In this document: positions 40,507 through 50,171 of the stretch, one piece after another
Layout: every line of letters starts with the position of its first letter
How positions within the stretch are numbered: position 1 is the stretch's first letter
DNA from: Candidatus Eiseniibacteriota bacterium
GTDB taxonomy: Bacteria; Eisenbacteria; RBG-16-71-46; CAIMUX01; VGJL01
Assembly: GCA_963792585.1 (NCBI GenBank)
Contig: CAWBWI010000006.1
Span: 384,001 to 448,000, forward strand
Direction: 5' to 3'
DNA: 64,000 nucleotides
Translations under genes and position numbers: made by a program
Notes under the pieces: generated by a model
Databases searched by the model: none
Told to the model about the DNA's origin: nothing
The model's input: the letters and a program-made list of their open reading frames with translations, nothing else

Positions 40507-43236
40507 ATGTCACCTGCCGCTTGGCGTCGTCTGCCCGTCGCCATCCTGGTTCTCATCGCCTGCACGACTTCGCCCGCGGGTGCCGAGACGCCCGCGGGCC
40601 GTCTCGTGGTGCGCCTCACGGGGCAGCCGCCCGCCGGGATCGTCGCGCCCAGCATCACCGTGAGCGGTCCTACGGGTAGCCAGTCGACTCTGATCGGCGC
40701 CCTGGCACTGGCAACCGGTGAAGTGCGTTTCGATGCCCTCCGAGCGGGGACCTACGAGGTCCATCTCGAGGGATCCTCGTCCGGCCCGATTCGCGCCGAA
40801 GTGGGGGTGTTCGCGGGTTCGACGGCGGTCCTCGCCGCCGATCTCGAACGCGGCATTCTGCGGACCGACGCCCTTCGCCCCGATCCCTTCGGTGTGGACG
40901 ACGCGTGGGACGCTCCGTGGATCGAGGCCCTCCCGGGGGCAGGCGAGGACGCGCCCCGTGCCGCATCGACGGCTCCAGGTGGTCCCTATACGACGGCGAT
41001 CGACGGAGTCGGACTCGCGAGCGGCGGTTCGCGGCAGGATATCCGCGTGGGCGGAGCAGCAATGGCGCGCGCGTCGAGCGTTCCGCTGGGCCTCTCCTCC
41101 GCCGCGAGCAGCGGTGGGTCCCGCCGGACGTTATCGATGTCGGATCCCGCGTACGCGTCCTTCGAAGGGGCCACGGGCATGCTCGGCCGCTCCTCGTTCG
41201 AGGGGACGATCGCGCACGCCTTCCGGTCCACGGCCTGGCAACCGCAGCTGCTCATCACGACCCGCTCTCGAGACTACTTGAACGCCGGCGGAAGCGTCTT
41301 CCAGACATCCCGGCTGCCCCACGACGGCCTGGAGGCGCTCGAGCTCTATACGCGCGTGGAGGCCGCGCCGTCGGCGGCGACGCGCCTCTCCTTCCTGTTA
41401 TACGGTGAGGGTTCGAAACGCAATTACTTCATCGAATCGTATCGGCACGACCCGACCCATTCCCCGCGGCAGGATCGCGCCGACTTTCTCGCGACCCTTC
41501 GGCTCGACCGCGAGGTGCGCCGCGGCATGCAGGTCCGCGCCGAACTCGGCTGGCAGAGGTCCCTCGTCGCCATGGGCGATGGTCGCTACTTCGACGACCT
41601 GGAGAAATACGACCGATCGCTGTTCGGTAATCCGGGACCCGATCCTGCGCTGGGCGGTCTGTACTGGCTCGGAGACAATCGCTCCACACTCGCCGACGAG
41701 GGACACGTATACAATTCGTACCGGAAGAATGTTCAGGTCGACCTGAACGCGAAGGTGGAGATCTGGCGCAATCCCGGTACGGTCCGCACCGACGGCGCGG
41801 GGCTTTCGCTCCGTCGCGGGACCTACCGGAGCTACGAGCACTTCAACCCGGTTCAGGGAAGCACCACGAGCGTCCATGCGATCGGCTACGACGCGACGGG
41901 AGATCGACACAGCAACGCGGCGGATCGGGAACCGGGCCGTCCGATCGAGCTGGCCGGCTTCGGAACGGCGCGGCGTCCGGCGCTCGGCGGCGAGGTCGAG
42001 GTCGGAGCACGGCTAAGCGTCTATCGTGCGGGGCAACGGCCGCTGAAGGACCTGTCGAGGCCGCTGAGGCTGGTGGACGGCGAAGAGGTCGGACTCGATC
42101 TCGCGGACGCAGAGACCCGCGTGACCCTCGATCCACGGCTCGGATTCACCCGCGCGTTCGCCGGGAGCTATCGGTTCTGGCTGACCGGGGGAATCGAAAC
42201 GCAGGCACTCCCCTCTGAGGCGGTCTTCTACAGCGCGGCGTATCTCCGGCAGGCCGCGGCCGCGCAGGATGACGCGAATGCGGGCTTCGCCTTCGGGAAC
42301 CCAGCCCTGCGGCCGGAGAGGAACGCGAGCGTGCTCGCAGCCCTCGGGCGACCGCTGGGCCGAACTCTCACGCTGCGCGGGGGTGCAACGGCCGAACGAA
42401 CGACGGATGCGATCACCCCGCGTCGCTTCTATGTTCCCCGCGGGACCGCCGGGGCGATCGATTCGCTCGTCTACTACGTCAACGGGGACGCGCGGGACCG
42501 GGTCGGTCTCTTCGCGCGCGTCGAGTGGGAACCCTCCGGGCGTGTCCGGGCTCGGTTGTCCTACGACCTGTCCCGCGCGCGCACGCGCACCGTCGAACCC
42601 TCCGTTCTGGACGAAGGCTGGTTGGACCAGGACCTCCCGGGCAGAAGGGCCGACCTTCGCGAGGGACTCCCGTCGATCTTCCCCTCCAGCGATGATGGCA
42701 CATCGCGCGACCCGTACCCGTCCGACTTCGATCGCAGACATCGGGTCGCCGCCGCAATCGCGGTGCGAACCCCCCGGGACCTGATCGGCGAGACGGGGCG
42801 GTTCCTCTTCACCGATTTCGAGATCACCGCCCTGGCCCACGGGGCCTCCGGCGGCCCATTCTCCTGGACGCAGATCGATGAGCCGAGCGGCAGCGCAAGC
42901 CTTCCTCAGCCGATCGCGCTGGAGGCGACCGGCGTCACCCGCAACAGCGGCCGGCTGCCATGGACCGGGCAGCTCGATCTCCGCGTGGCCAAGAGCCTGG
43001 ACATCCGCAAGACGCGCGCCCAGATCTGGGTCGAGGGAACCAATCTGACGGATCACCGCAACGTCGTCCGCGTCTACAGCGCGACCGGAAAGGCGGACGA
43101 CGATGCGTGGCTGGACTACGGCGGGGCCGAGAGCACGGCAGCGGCCTCACAACTCTATCAGAATCGTTTGAAGGATCCGCGACACTACGGGGAGCCGCGG
43201 CTGTTCCGGGCGGGTATCCGGCTGGACCTGCCATAG
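40507..43236 (+). CDS. TonB-dependent-receptor-like outer membrane beta-barrel protein (divergent)
   Basis: Signal peptide; PRLGF, GNPALRPER, DRRHR, LDLRVAK, N.TDHRN and terminal PRLFRAGIRLDL strand. Confidence 0.65.
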   Translation: MSPAAWRRLPVAILVLIACTTSPAGAETPAGRLVVRLTGQPPAGIVAPSITVSGPTGSQSTLIGALALATGEVRFDALRAGTYEVHLEGSSSGPIRAEVGVFAGSTAVLAADLERGILRTDALRPDPFGVDDAWDAPWIEALPGAGEDAPRAASTAPGGPYTTAIDGVGLASGGSRQDIRVGGAAMARASSVPLGLSSAASSGGSRRTLSMSDPAYASFEGATGMLGRSSFEGTIAHAFRSTAWQPQLLITTRSRDYLNAGGSVFQTSRLPHDGLEALELYTRVEAAPSAATRLSFLLYGEGSKRNYFIESYRHDPTHSPRQDRADFLATLRLDREVRRGMQVRAELGWQRSLVAMGDGRYFDDLEKYDRSLFGNPGPDPALGGLYWLGDNRSTLADEGHVYNSYRKNVQVDLNAKVEIWRNPGTVRTDGAGLSLRRGTYRSYEHFNPVQGSTTSVHAIGYDATGDRHSNAADREPGRPIELAGFGTARRPALGGEVEVGARLSVYRAGQRPLKDLSRPLRLVDGEEVGLDLADAETRVTLDPRLGFTRAFAGSYRFWLTGGIETQALPSEAVFYSAAYLRQAAAAQDDANAGFAFGNPALRPERNASVLAALGRPLGRTLTLRGGATAERTTDAITPRRFYVPRGTAGAIDSLVYYVNGDARDRVGLFARVEWEPSGRVRARLSYDLSRARTRTVEPSVLDEGWLDQDLPGRRADLREGLPSIFPSSDDGTSRDPYPSDFDRRHRVAAAIAVRTPRDLIGETGRFLFTDFEITALAHGASGGPFSWTQIDEPSGSASLPQPIALEATGVTRNSGRLPWTGQLDLRVAKSLDIRKTRAQIWVEGTNLTDHRNVVRVYSATGKADDDAWLDYGGAESTAAASQLYQNRLKDPRHYGEPRLFRAGIRLDLP

Positions 43237-43245
43237 GGGAGGAGA

Positions 43246-44805
43246 ATGGCCGCGCGCTCGTCGATCGCTCCGCGTCGCCTCGCGATTCGGACCGCAACGC
43301 TGGCCTCGCTCGCCATCGCCTGCGTTGCCCAAGGGGGGGGAACCGTGCGCGAACCGATTCTCGCAGGGAGTTGGTATCCGGGGGAAGCCGTGGAGCTACG
43401 GACGACCGTCGAGGAGTTCCTTGCCGACGGCGGGGCGCCCGATGAGCGAACGATCGCGTTGATCGCGCCCCACGCCGGGTATGTCTACTCGGGAGCCACG
43501 GCCGGCAAGGCGTTCGCCGCGGTTCGCGGCCGGAAGGCCGAGCGCGTGATCTTGTTGGGTCCAAGCCATCGCGCTGCTTTCAACGGCGGCGCCCTGTCCA
43601 GTCAGGACGCATGGCGCACGCCGCTGGGCGAGGTTCCGCTGGACCGTGAGGCGATCGGCATGCTCGAGACGCGTCGAGGCTTTCGCGTCAACGACGCCGC
43701 GCATGGACGCGAGCACTCGCTCGAGATCGAGATCCCCTTCCTCCAGGTGGCGCTGCGGCCGGGTTGGAAGCTCGTCCCGATCATGGTCGGACAACTCGAC
43801 GACAAGACCGTGGGCGAACTCGCCGAGGGGATCGCTCCGCTCCTCGGCTCCGGAACCCTCGTCGTGGTCTCCTCCGACTTCACCCATTTCGGGCAGGACT
43901 ATGGATACGTGCCCTTCCGTGACTCGGTCGCGACACGGATCCGCAACCTCGACGAGGAGGGGATCGCCGCGATCCGTCGCATGTCGAGCGAGCAGTTCGA
44001 GGACTTTCGCGAACGCACTGGGGCGACGATCTGCGGGGCCGACCCGATCCGGGTGCTGCTGACCCTGATGGCGGGCCGCGCGCAGGAGGTCGTCCAGCGT
44101 GGTTACGATCAGTCGGGAGCGATGGTCGGGAGCTACACGAACTCGGTGAGCTACGCGGCGCTCACCTTCGCGCCGGCGACGTCGGAGGTCGCCGAAGGCG
44201 CGGAAGGCGCGACTGCGGCCGGCGCGAAGCGGGTCGGCCTGCACCGCCCCCTCGACACGGGCGAGCAGGAGGCGCTCCTCGCGCTCGCCCGCAATGCGAT
44301 CCGCGCCGCCGTGCGCGGGGCTGCCGCGCCGCCGGACCGCGTGCCCGATTCCTTCGCGCAGGACTCCCCCCTACGCCAGGAACGCGGCGTCTTCGTCACG
44401 CTCACCGAGGGAGGCGACCTCCGCGGCTGCATCGGAAGCATCATCGGCAAGGAGCCGCTCTACGCGGGCGTCCGGCGACAGGCGGTCCACGCCGCCCGGG
44501 AGGACCCGCGATTTCCGCCCGTCTCGTCAGGCGAACTGGAGAGGATCCACATCGAAATCTCGGTTCTCACGCCACCCGTTCCCGTGGCCGGGCCTCAGGA
44601 GATCGTTGTCGGGCGTCACGGCGTCCTGATCGAAAAGCGTGACCGCCGCGCCGTCTTCCTGCCACAGGTCGCCCCGGAGCAAGGATGGGATCGCGAGGAG
44701 ATGCTCCGGGCGTTGTGCCGCAAGGCCGGGCTCGCCGCCGACGACTGGAAGAGCGGAATGACCTTCGAGGTGTTCGAGGCCCAGATCTTCGAGGAGAAGG
44801 AGTAG
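43246..44805 (+). CDS. AmmeMemoRadiSam protein B (MEMO1) fused to protein A (AMMECR1)
   Basis: AGSWYP, PHAGYVYSG, GPSH, EHSLE, SSDFTHFG, TICG; then GVFVTL..LRGCIG, DPRF, FLPQVA. Confidence 0.93.
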   Translation: MAARSSIAPRRLAIRTATLASLAIACVAQGGGTVREPILAGSWYPGEAVELRTTVEEFLADGGAPDERTIALIAPHAGYVYSGATAGKAFAAVRGRKAERVILLGPSHRAAFNGGALSSQDAWRTPLGEVPLDREAIGMLETRRGFRVNDAAHGREHSLEIEIPFLQVALRPGWKLVPIMVGQLDDKTVGELAEGIAPLLGSGTLVVVSSDFTHFGQDYGYVPFRDSVATRIRNLDEEGIAAIRRMSSEQFEDFRERTGATICGADPIRVLLTLMAGRAQEVVQRGYDQSGAMVGSYTNSVSYAALTFAPATSEVAEGAEGATAAGAKRVGLHRPLDTGEQEALLALARNAIRAAVRGAAAPPDRVPDSFAQDSPLRQERGVFVTLTEGGDLRGCIGSIIGKEPLYAGVRRQAVHAAREDPRFPPVSSGELERIHIEISVLTPPVPVAGPQEIVVGRHGVLIEKRDRRAVFLPQVAPEQGWDREEMLRALCRKAGLAADDWKSGMTFEVFEAQIFEEKE

Positions 44806-44812
44806 GAGGCGT

Positions 44813-45787
44813 GTGAGGCGACGGACCTTCCTCGGTCTGGCCGCCACCGCGGCGGTCGTGCGGCCCTCGTTCGGCGGAGAATCGGTGTTCGAGGGACGCG
44901 GTCGCGTCGCATCCGTCGTCGATGCCGCGGCGACGGACGGGAACGAAGCCGACACCCGATCCTCCCTTCAGCGCTGCCTGGAGCGTGGACTCGCCGCGAT
45001 CGCGGATCTCCCCGGCGCCGACGCATGGAGATCGATCTTTCGACCCGACGACCGCGTCGCGATCAAGCTGAATTGCCTCGCCGGCCCCCGGCTGGCGCCG
45101 CGCACGGAGTTGGTCGACGCGATCGTCCGCGGTCTCCACGGCGCCGGCGTCCGCGACGATGCGATCGTGATCTTCGACCGCACGTCGCGCGAGCTGGAAC
45201 GCGCGGGATTCCCGGTGCGGACCGCCGGGGGTTCCCTGCGTTGTTTCGGGACCGACGCCCTCGTTGGAGGCGGATACGGACCCGAGATCCTCGAGCACCG
45301 CTCGATTGGCTCGCTCTTCACGCGAATCGTCACCGAACACGCGACCGCTCTCATCAACGTCGGCGTCTGCAAGGATCACGATCTCGCGGGGGTCTCCGCC
45401 GGGGGCAAGAACCTGTACGGCCTCATCCACAACCCGAACCGGTATCACGCGAACGCTTGCGATCCCTACGTTGCCGATCTGCTCGATCACCCGGTCGTGA
45501 AGTCCAGGCTTCGCCTGACGATCATCGATGCGGAGACGATCCAGTGCCATGGCGGGCCCGCGTATCACGCGTCCTATACATTCCAGGCAGGCCGGATATT
45601 GCTCTCGCGCGATCCGGTCGCGGTCGATCGGATTGCGTGGGAGATGATCGAGGCGGAGCGGGCGCGACGCGGCCTCCCGTCACTCGCCGAAGAGGAGCGG
45701 GAGCCGAGGTGGATCATGACTGCGGAGGCGCTCGGGCTCGGCGTGGCCGACCGGGATCGGATCGACCTGCGGGAGGTGGCGGCATGA
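44813..45787 (+). CDS. DUF362 domain protein with Tat-like signal
   Basis: RRRTFL; VAIKLN, KDH..AGVS..KNLYG, DPVAVD. Confidence 0.8.
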   Translation: MRRRTFLGLAATAAVVRPSFGGESVFEGRGRVASVVDAAATDGNEADTRSSLQRCLERGLAAIADLPGADAWRSIFRPDDRVAIKLNCLAGPRLAPRTELVDAIVRGLHGAGVRDDAIVIFDRTSRELERAGFPVRTAGGSLRCFGTDALVGGGYGPEILEHRSIGSLFTRIVTEHATALINVGVCKDHDLAGVSAGGKNLYGLIHNPNRYHANACDPYVADLLDHPVVKSRLRLTIIDAETIQCHGGPAYHASYTFQAGRILLSRDPVAVDRIAWEMIEAERARRGLPSLAEEEREPRWIMTAEALGLGVADRDRIDLREVAA

Positions 45788-45890
45788 GGATCGCGGGCTC
45801 GGGGCGGGTCGGCTTTCGGGTGGCACGGGGCGGCATACAGGGGGCGCGGACCTGCATGGGGGCGGCACAGGCGGATTCTTGGGAGACGCC

Positions 45891-47051
45891 ATGAGCATCC
45901 CTGTCCCGGATCGACGAGACTTCCTCGCCCGCTGCGCGGGTTGCGCGGCCGCGATCGCCTTCGCCGATATCCTCGCCCGCCCAGCGTGGTCCGAAGACGT
46001 ATTCGAGTTCCAGAAACCGCAGGACGCGGCAGGAGGCGTCTCGGACGCGCGGGCTGCTTGGTGGGATGCGATGCCCGATGGACGGGTCACGTGCAGGCTC
46101 TGCCCCCGTGAGTGCCGCGTGGCGGATCAGGAACGGGGGTACTGCGGCGTGCGGGCGAACGAGGGGGGCGTCTACAAGACCCTGGTCCACGGACGGGTTG
46201 CGGCGGTTCACGTCGACCCGGTGGAAAAGAAGCCGTTCTTCCACGTCGTCCCGGGATCGGCCGCATACTCCCTCGCAACGGCCGGCTGCAACATGCAGTG
46301 CCGTTTTCGTCAGAACTGGGAGATCTCGCAATTCCGCCCCGAGCAGGTGCCGAGCGTCGAGGCGCCTCCGGAGCGGGTCGTCGCGGCGGCGCGTGCCGCC
46401 CGCGCGCCCTTCCTTGCCTATACCTACAGCGAGCCGGTCATCTTCTTCGAGTACATGCGAGAGATCGCGGATGCCGGAAACGCGGCCGGGATCCGGAGTC
46501 TCATGATCTCGAACGGGTATATTCAGGAAAAGCCGCTCCGCGAACTGCTGGGGCGCCTCGCCGCGGTGAAGATCGACCTGAAGGGATTCACCGAGGAGTA
46601 CTACCGGGACGTATGCGACGCGCAGCTGAAACCGGTGCTGGCCACTCTCGAGATCCTGAAGGATTCGGGCGTCTGGTTCGAGATCGTGGTTCTGGTCGTC
46701 CCTACGTTGAACGACGACGAGAAGTCGATGCGGGGCCTGTGTGCATGGATCGCCTCGCATCTCGGTCGCGAGGTGCCGATTCACTTCACACGGTTCCACC
46801 CCAACTACCGACTGCAGAACCTGCCCGTGACCCCGGTGAGAACCCTCGAACGGATCCATGGATACGCTCGCGAGGCGGGGTTGGCATTCGCCTACATCGG
46901 AAACGTTCCGGGTCATGCCGCGGAGAACACGATCTGTCCGGGGTGCGGGCATATCCTCGTTCGGCGGTCGGCTTATGCGGTTCTAGATATGTCCATCAAG
47001 GACGGGCGCTGTTCCAACTGCTCCCGCGTGATCCCAGGACTCTGGTCATAG
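45891..47051 (+). CDS. AmmeMemoRadiSam radical SAM enzyme (third motif Cys reads as Arg)
   Basis: CRLCPREC..GYCGVR, DPVEKKPFFH, GCNMQCRFRQNWEISQ, YTYSEP, YIGN, CPGC..CSNC. Confidence 0.92.
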   Translation: MSIPVPDRRDFLARCAGCAAAIAFADILARPAWSEDVFEFQKPQDAAGGVSDARAAWWDAMPDGRVTCRLCPRECRVADQERGYCGVRANEGGVYKTLVHGRVAAVHVDPVEKKPFFHVVPGSAAYSLATAGCNMQCRFRQNWEISQFRPEQVPSVEAPPERVVAAARAARAPFLAYTYSEPVIFFEYMREIADAGNAAGIRSLMISNGYIQEKPLRELLGRLAAVKIDLKGFTEEYYRDVCDAQLKPVLATLEILKDSGVWFEIVVLVVPTLNDDEKSMRGLCAWIASHLGREVPIHFTRFHPNYRLQNLPVTPVRTLERIHGYAREAGLAFAYIGNVPGHAAENTICPGCGHILVRRSAYAVLDMSIKDGRCSNCSRVIPGLWS

Positions 47052-49038
47052 CGGCCAGGGACGGGATCGCGAGGGCGAGCCCGACCGTCGCAAACCCCCG
47101 GGGCAGCAGGAAGAGAACCGCGACCGCGCCGATCACTCCGCCCACGGCATCCGCCGCCCAGGCGCGCGCCGCAGTCGCCTCCATCGAGACGATCGGGAAG
47201 GGAAGCCCGCATATGGCGCCGAGCGCGAGCGCGACGAGGGCATAGGCAGCGGTCAACGGCGGCAGGTGAGGTAGGGCCCAACCGCATCCGGCGGCGATCA
47301 GGATCTGCACGATCCCGATTGCGGGAAGCCAGCGCCAAGTCGCGCGGCGCATGACGGCGATCCAGGCCCCGATGGCCGTTCCGCCGAGGAAGGCGCCCAA
47401 GAGAACGCCCAATCCCGACTGCAGGATTCCGACCCGCGCCTGGAATGCCATGAGGACGAGGAGATCGAGCCCCATGGCAACGGCGCCGGCGGCAACGATC
47501 GGAGCTTCTCTCCGTTTCGCGCCGGCTGGGAGCGAAAGCAACAGGAGCGGTAACAACAAGCCCAGCCATGAGGGAAGACCGGTCGGGAATCCCATCATCT
47601 TCGACCAGCGACCCAGGGCGTAGGCGAAGGCGGCCGGTCGATCGTCTCGATTGGCAAGAGCCGGCGCCGGCGACGCGAGTCGGGATCGGGGATACTCGAC
47701 GACGAAGCGGGCGGCAGGATATGTCGCAAAGCGCCACGCGCCGCGGTCGTGCCGGGCTCTTAGGGAGTCGGGATCGAGTGATGCATCCCCCGCCTGCCGC
47801 GACGCGGCCAGGATGTAGCGATCCGCGTCGATCGCCGATACCGGCCCGACCGACACCCGCATCGCCGCCGCAACGCTCGATCGCCATGCCCGGGTCTCCT
47901 CCCCCGGCGCCGCCTCCCCGCCCGGCGCGATGGCAATCACGACGCCCTCGGGCGCGAGCGCCTTCGTCATGTCACGGAAGGCTTCCGCCGTCCAGAGCCG
48001 GTTCGCCGAAACACCGGTCGCTTCGCCGCCCGTGATCGCGATCGCATCCCAGGTCGCTTGTACATTTCGGATCGTTCTCCGCGGGTCACCGACTCCATAT
48101 GCCACGGCGCCGCCGGGCTGCGCGAAGAGCGTGTCCTCTCGCTCCGGGACCAGACACAGAACCCGCGCCGCACCCGCTCTGACGAGCGCGGCGGCGATGC
48201 CCTCGGTCCCGAAGTCAACCAGGAGGAACGCCCGGGCGCGCGGAGGGCAGGATGCGAGCAGCGCCGCAGTGGCTTCGGCGGTCGTCGGGTCGTCCAGGAT
48301 TGCCAACAGGCAATCGTCTGCGAAGAGCCAGCGCTGGCCTTCGCGCTCCGCGAGCGCGAGCGTGCGCTGGGGGGTGGCCGCATGTGCAATGAGGTGGAGT
48401 CCCGGGCGTCGGCTCTCCCAGGACGAGCGGAAGAGCCACTCATCGATGCGCGTCACCGGACCGCCCACGACGAGCAGAAGGACTGCAACCGCTCCAATGG
48501 TCCCTGTGGTTCGACGCCAGGCGAGGAGGACGCAAACGGCACCGCCCGCGAGAATCCCGATCGCGGGAACGCGAAGCACGAAGAGCACGGTCGTCAGCAC
48601 TCCCCCGACCACCGCGCCCAGCGCCTCGACGACATACGCGCGCCCGACTCTCTCCGCGGCGACCGGGAAGACACCCGCCGTGAAGAACGCCGCCGGGAAG
48701 AGAACGATGAACGCGAGCCAGGCGACCGCTGCCGGGCGTGGCAACTCGCCGGGCAGACTCCCCGGCAAGGCTGCGAACCGCGCGAGGACGAGTGAGCTGA
48801 CTGCAACCAGGAGCCCCAGGCTCAGCAACCGGATCGCGGAGGAAGGCCCGAGCGGCTTGATCCGACGCCAGGTGAGCGCGCCGATCGCGGAGCCGAGCAA
48901 CCAGAAGGAGAGGGCAAGCGTGAGGACGATCTCGTTTCCGCCACAGCGGGCGAGAAGTTCTCGTAAGAGGACCGCCTGCGCGGGCAAGGAGACCAGCCCG
49001 ATCAGAAACGGCGCGGCATCCCGATGGTCAATCCGCAT
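46996..49038 (-). CDS. Membrane protein of the fused MFS/spermidine-synthase-like type (divergent)
   Basis: N-terminal QAVLLRELL..GGNE TM block, central NRLWTAEAF..LAPEG, NRDDRP, C-terminal AWAADAVGG TM block. Confidence 0.65.
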   Translation of the reverse strand: MRIDHRDAAPFLIGLVSLPAQAVLLRELLARCGGNEIVLTLALSFWLLGSAIGALTWRRIKPLGPSSAIRLLSLGLLVAVSSLVLARFAALPGSLPGELPRPAAVAWLAFIVLFPAAFFTAGVFPVAAERVGRAYVVEALGAVVGGVLTTVLFVLRVPAIGILAGGAVCVLLAWRRTTGTIGAVAVLLLVVGGPVTRIDEWLFRSSWESRRPGLHLIAHAATPQRTLALAEREGQRWLFADDCLLAILDDPTTAEATAALLASCPPRARAFLLVDFGTEGIAAALVRAGAARVLCLVPEREDTLFAQPGGAVAYGVGDPRRTIRNVQATWDAIAITGGEATGVSANRLWTAEAFRDMTKALAPEGVVIAIAPGGEAAPGEETRAWRSSVAAAMRVSVGPVSAIDADRYILAASRQAGDASLDPDSLRARHDRGAWRFATYPAARFVVEYPRSRLASPAPALANRDDRPAAFAYALGRWSKMMGFPTGLPSWLGLLLPLLLLSLPAGAKRREAPIVAAGAVAMGLDLLVLMAFQARVGILQSGLGVLLGAFLGGTAIGAWIAVMRRATWRWLPAIGIVQILIAAGCGWALPHLPPLTAAYALVALALGAICGLPFPIVSMEATAARAWAADAVGGVIGAVAVLFLLPRGFATVGLALAIPSLAAMTRVLGSRGSSWNSARP

Positions 49039-49465
49039 CGCGGGGATGATATCCCTAGGCGGCCGGATTGGCGAAGTTCGCGGGATCGTGTGCCCAGCGG
49101 ATCAGGATCGGAGTCAACGTCACCAATTCCCGAAGCTGGGCCCGGTGAAGATCGGACTCGGGGTGTATGTTCCCGACCCGTCATGGGCTCAGGCCATCCT
49201 GCCACGAGCAGCACGTTTCACGAGTTCAGGCTAAGAGCGATCTCTGGAGACGCTTCCGCGATGGATGCGCCCTGCCGCATTCGGGGCCCGGCCCATCAGA
49301 ATGGATCATTTATTCAAGACTCAAGAGAGCACATAACTAATCGTGACGACCCGCATTCGCCCGCACTGCGGCCCTTGTGGACACCATGGACCGCATCCTC
49401 TATGTCTTGCCGGCGACACGCGTCCGGGGTTTCCGAGGGGCCCTGGATGGGCAAAACAGGTTTTC

Positions 49466-49520
49466 TTGACACTCTCGACACGGAGAGGTTAGTCTCGCCT
49501 GTTTGTGAACTCATTTGCAT
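49466..49520 (+). promoter_or_regulatory. Sigma70 promoter and Rex-like operator for the respiratory operon
   Basis: TTGACA-N18-TAGTCT, then TTGTGAA-CTCA-TTTGCAT at 49503-49520. Confidence 0.55.
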
Positions 49521-50171
49521 ATGAATAGAACACCTTTTCCTGACTGGACCAACTCACTGCGGATCTGGCTGGGCGTCGCCCTGGCCGGTATCCCGGTTTA
49601 CCTATTCCTCCTGATCGCTTACGGCACGCACGCGAAGACGACCGCGGTCGGCTACATGCCGGAGCAGCCGGTTCCGTACAGCCATGCGCTGCACGCTGGC
49701 CAGCTCGGGATCGACTGCCGCTACTGCCACACCACGGTCGAGAACGCGGCGATGGCCGCCCTCCCGCCGACCCAGATCTGCATGAACTGCCATCAAAAAG
49801 TGCGCGCCGGCAGCGAGAAGCTGATTCCGGTTCGCGAGAGCTTCGCGACGGGAATGCCGATCCCGTGGATCAAGGTTCACGACCTGCCCGACTACGTCTA
49901 CTTCAACCACAGCGCGCACGTGACGCGCGGCGTCGGATGCGTTTCCTGCCACGGCCGGATCGACAAGATGGATGTCGTCTCCCAGGACCAGCCGCTCACG
50001 ATGGGCTGGTGCCTCGATTGCCACCGGCAACCGGAGAAGTACCTGCGGCCGGTCGAGGACGTGACCCGGATGGATTGGACGGCCGGCGAGGACCAGCTGG
50101 AACTCGGCCGGCGGCTCCGCACGGAGAGAAACATCAACCCTTCGACGGACTGTACGACATGTCATCGATAG
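49521..50171 (+). CDS. actA: Alternative complex III pentaheme cytochrome c subunit
   Basis: Five CxxCH (CRYCH, CMNCH, CVSCH, CLDCH, CTTCH); QPVPYSH, LPDYVYFNHSAH. Confidence 0.93.
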   Translation: MNRTPFPDWTNSLRIWLGVALAGIPVYLFLLIAYGTHAKTTAVGYMPEQPVPYSHALHAGQLGIDCRYCHTTVENAAMAALPPTQICMNCHQKVRAGSEKLIPVRESFATGMPIPWIKVHDLPDYVYFNHSAHVTRGVGCVSCHGRIDKMDVVSQDQPLTMGWCLDCHRQPEKYLRPVEDVTRMDWTAGEDQLELGRRLRTERNINPSTDCTTCHR

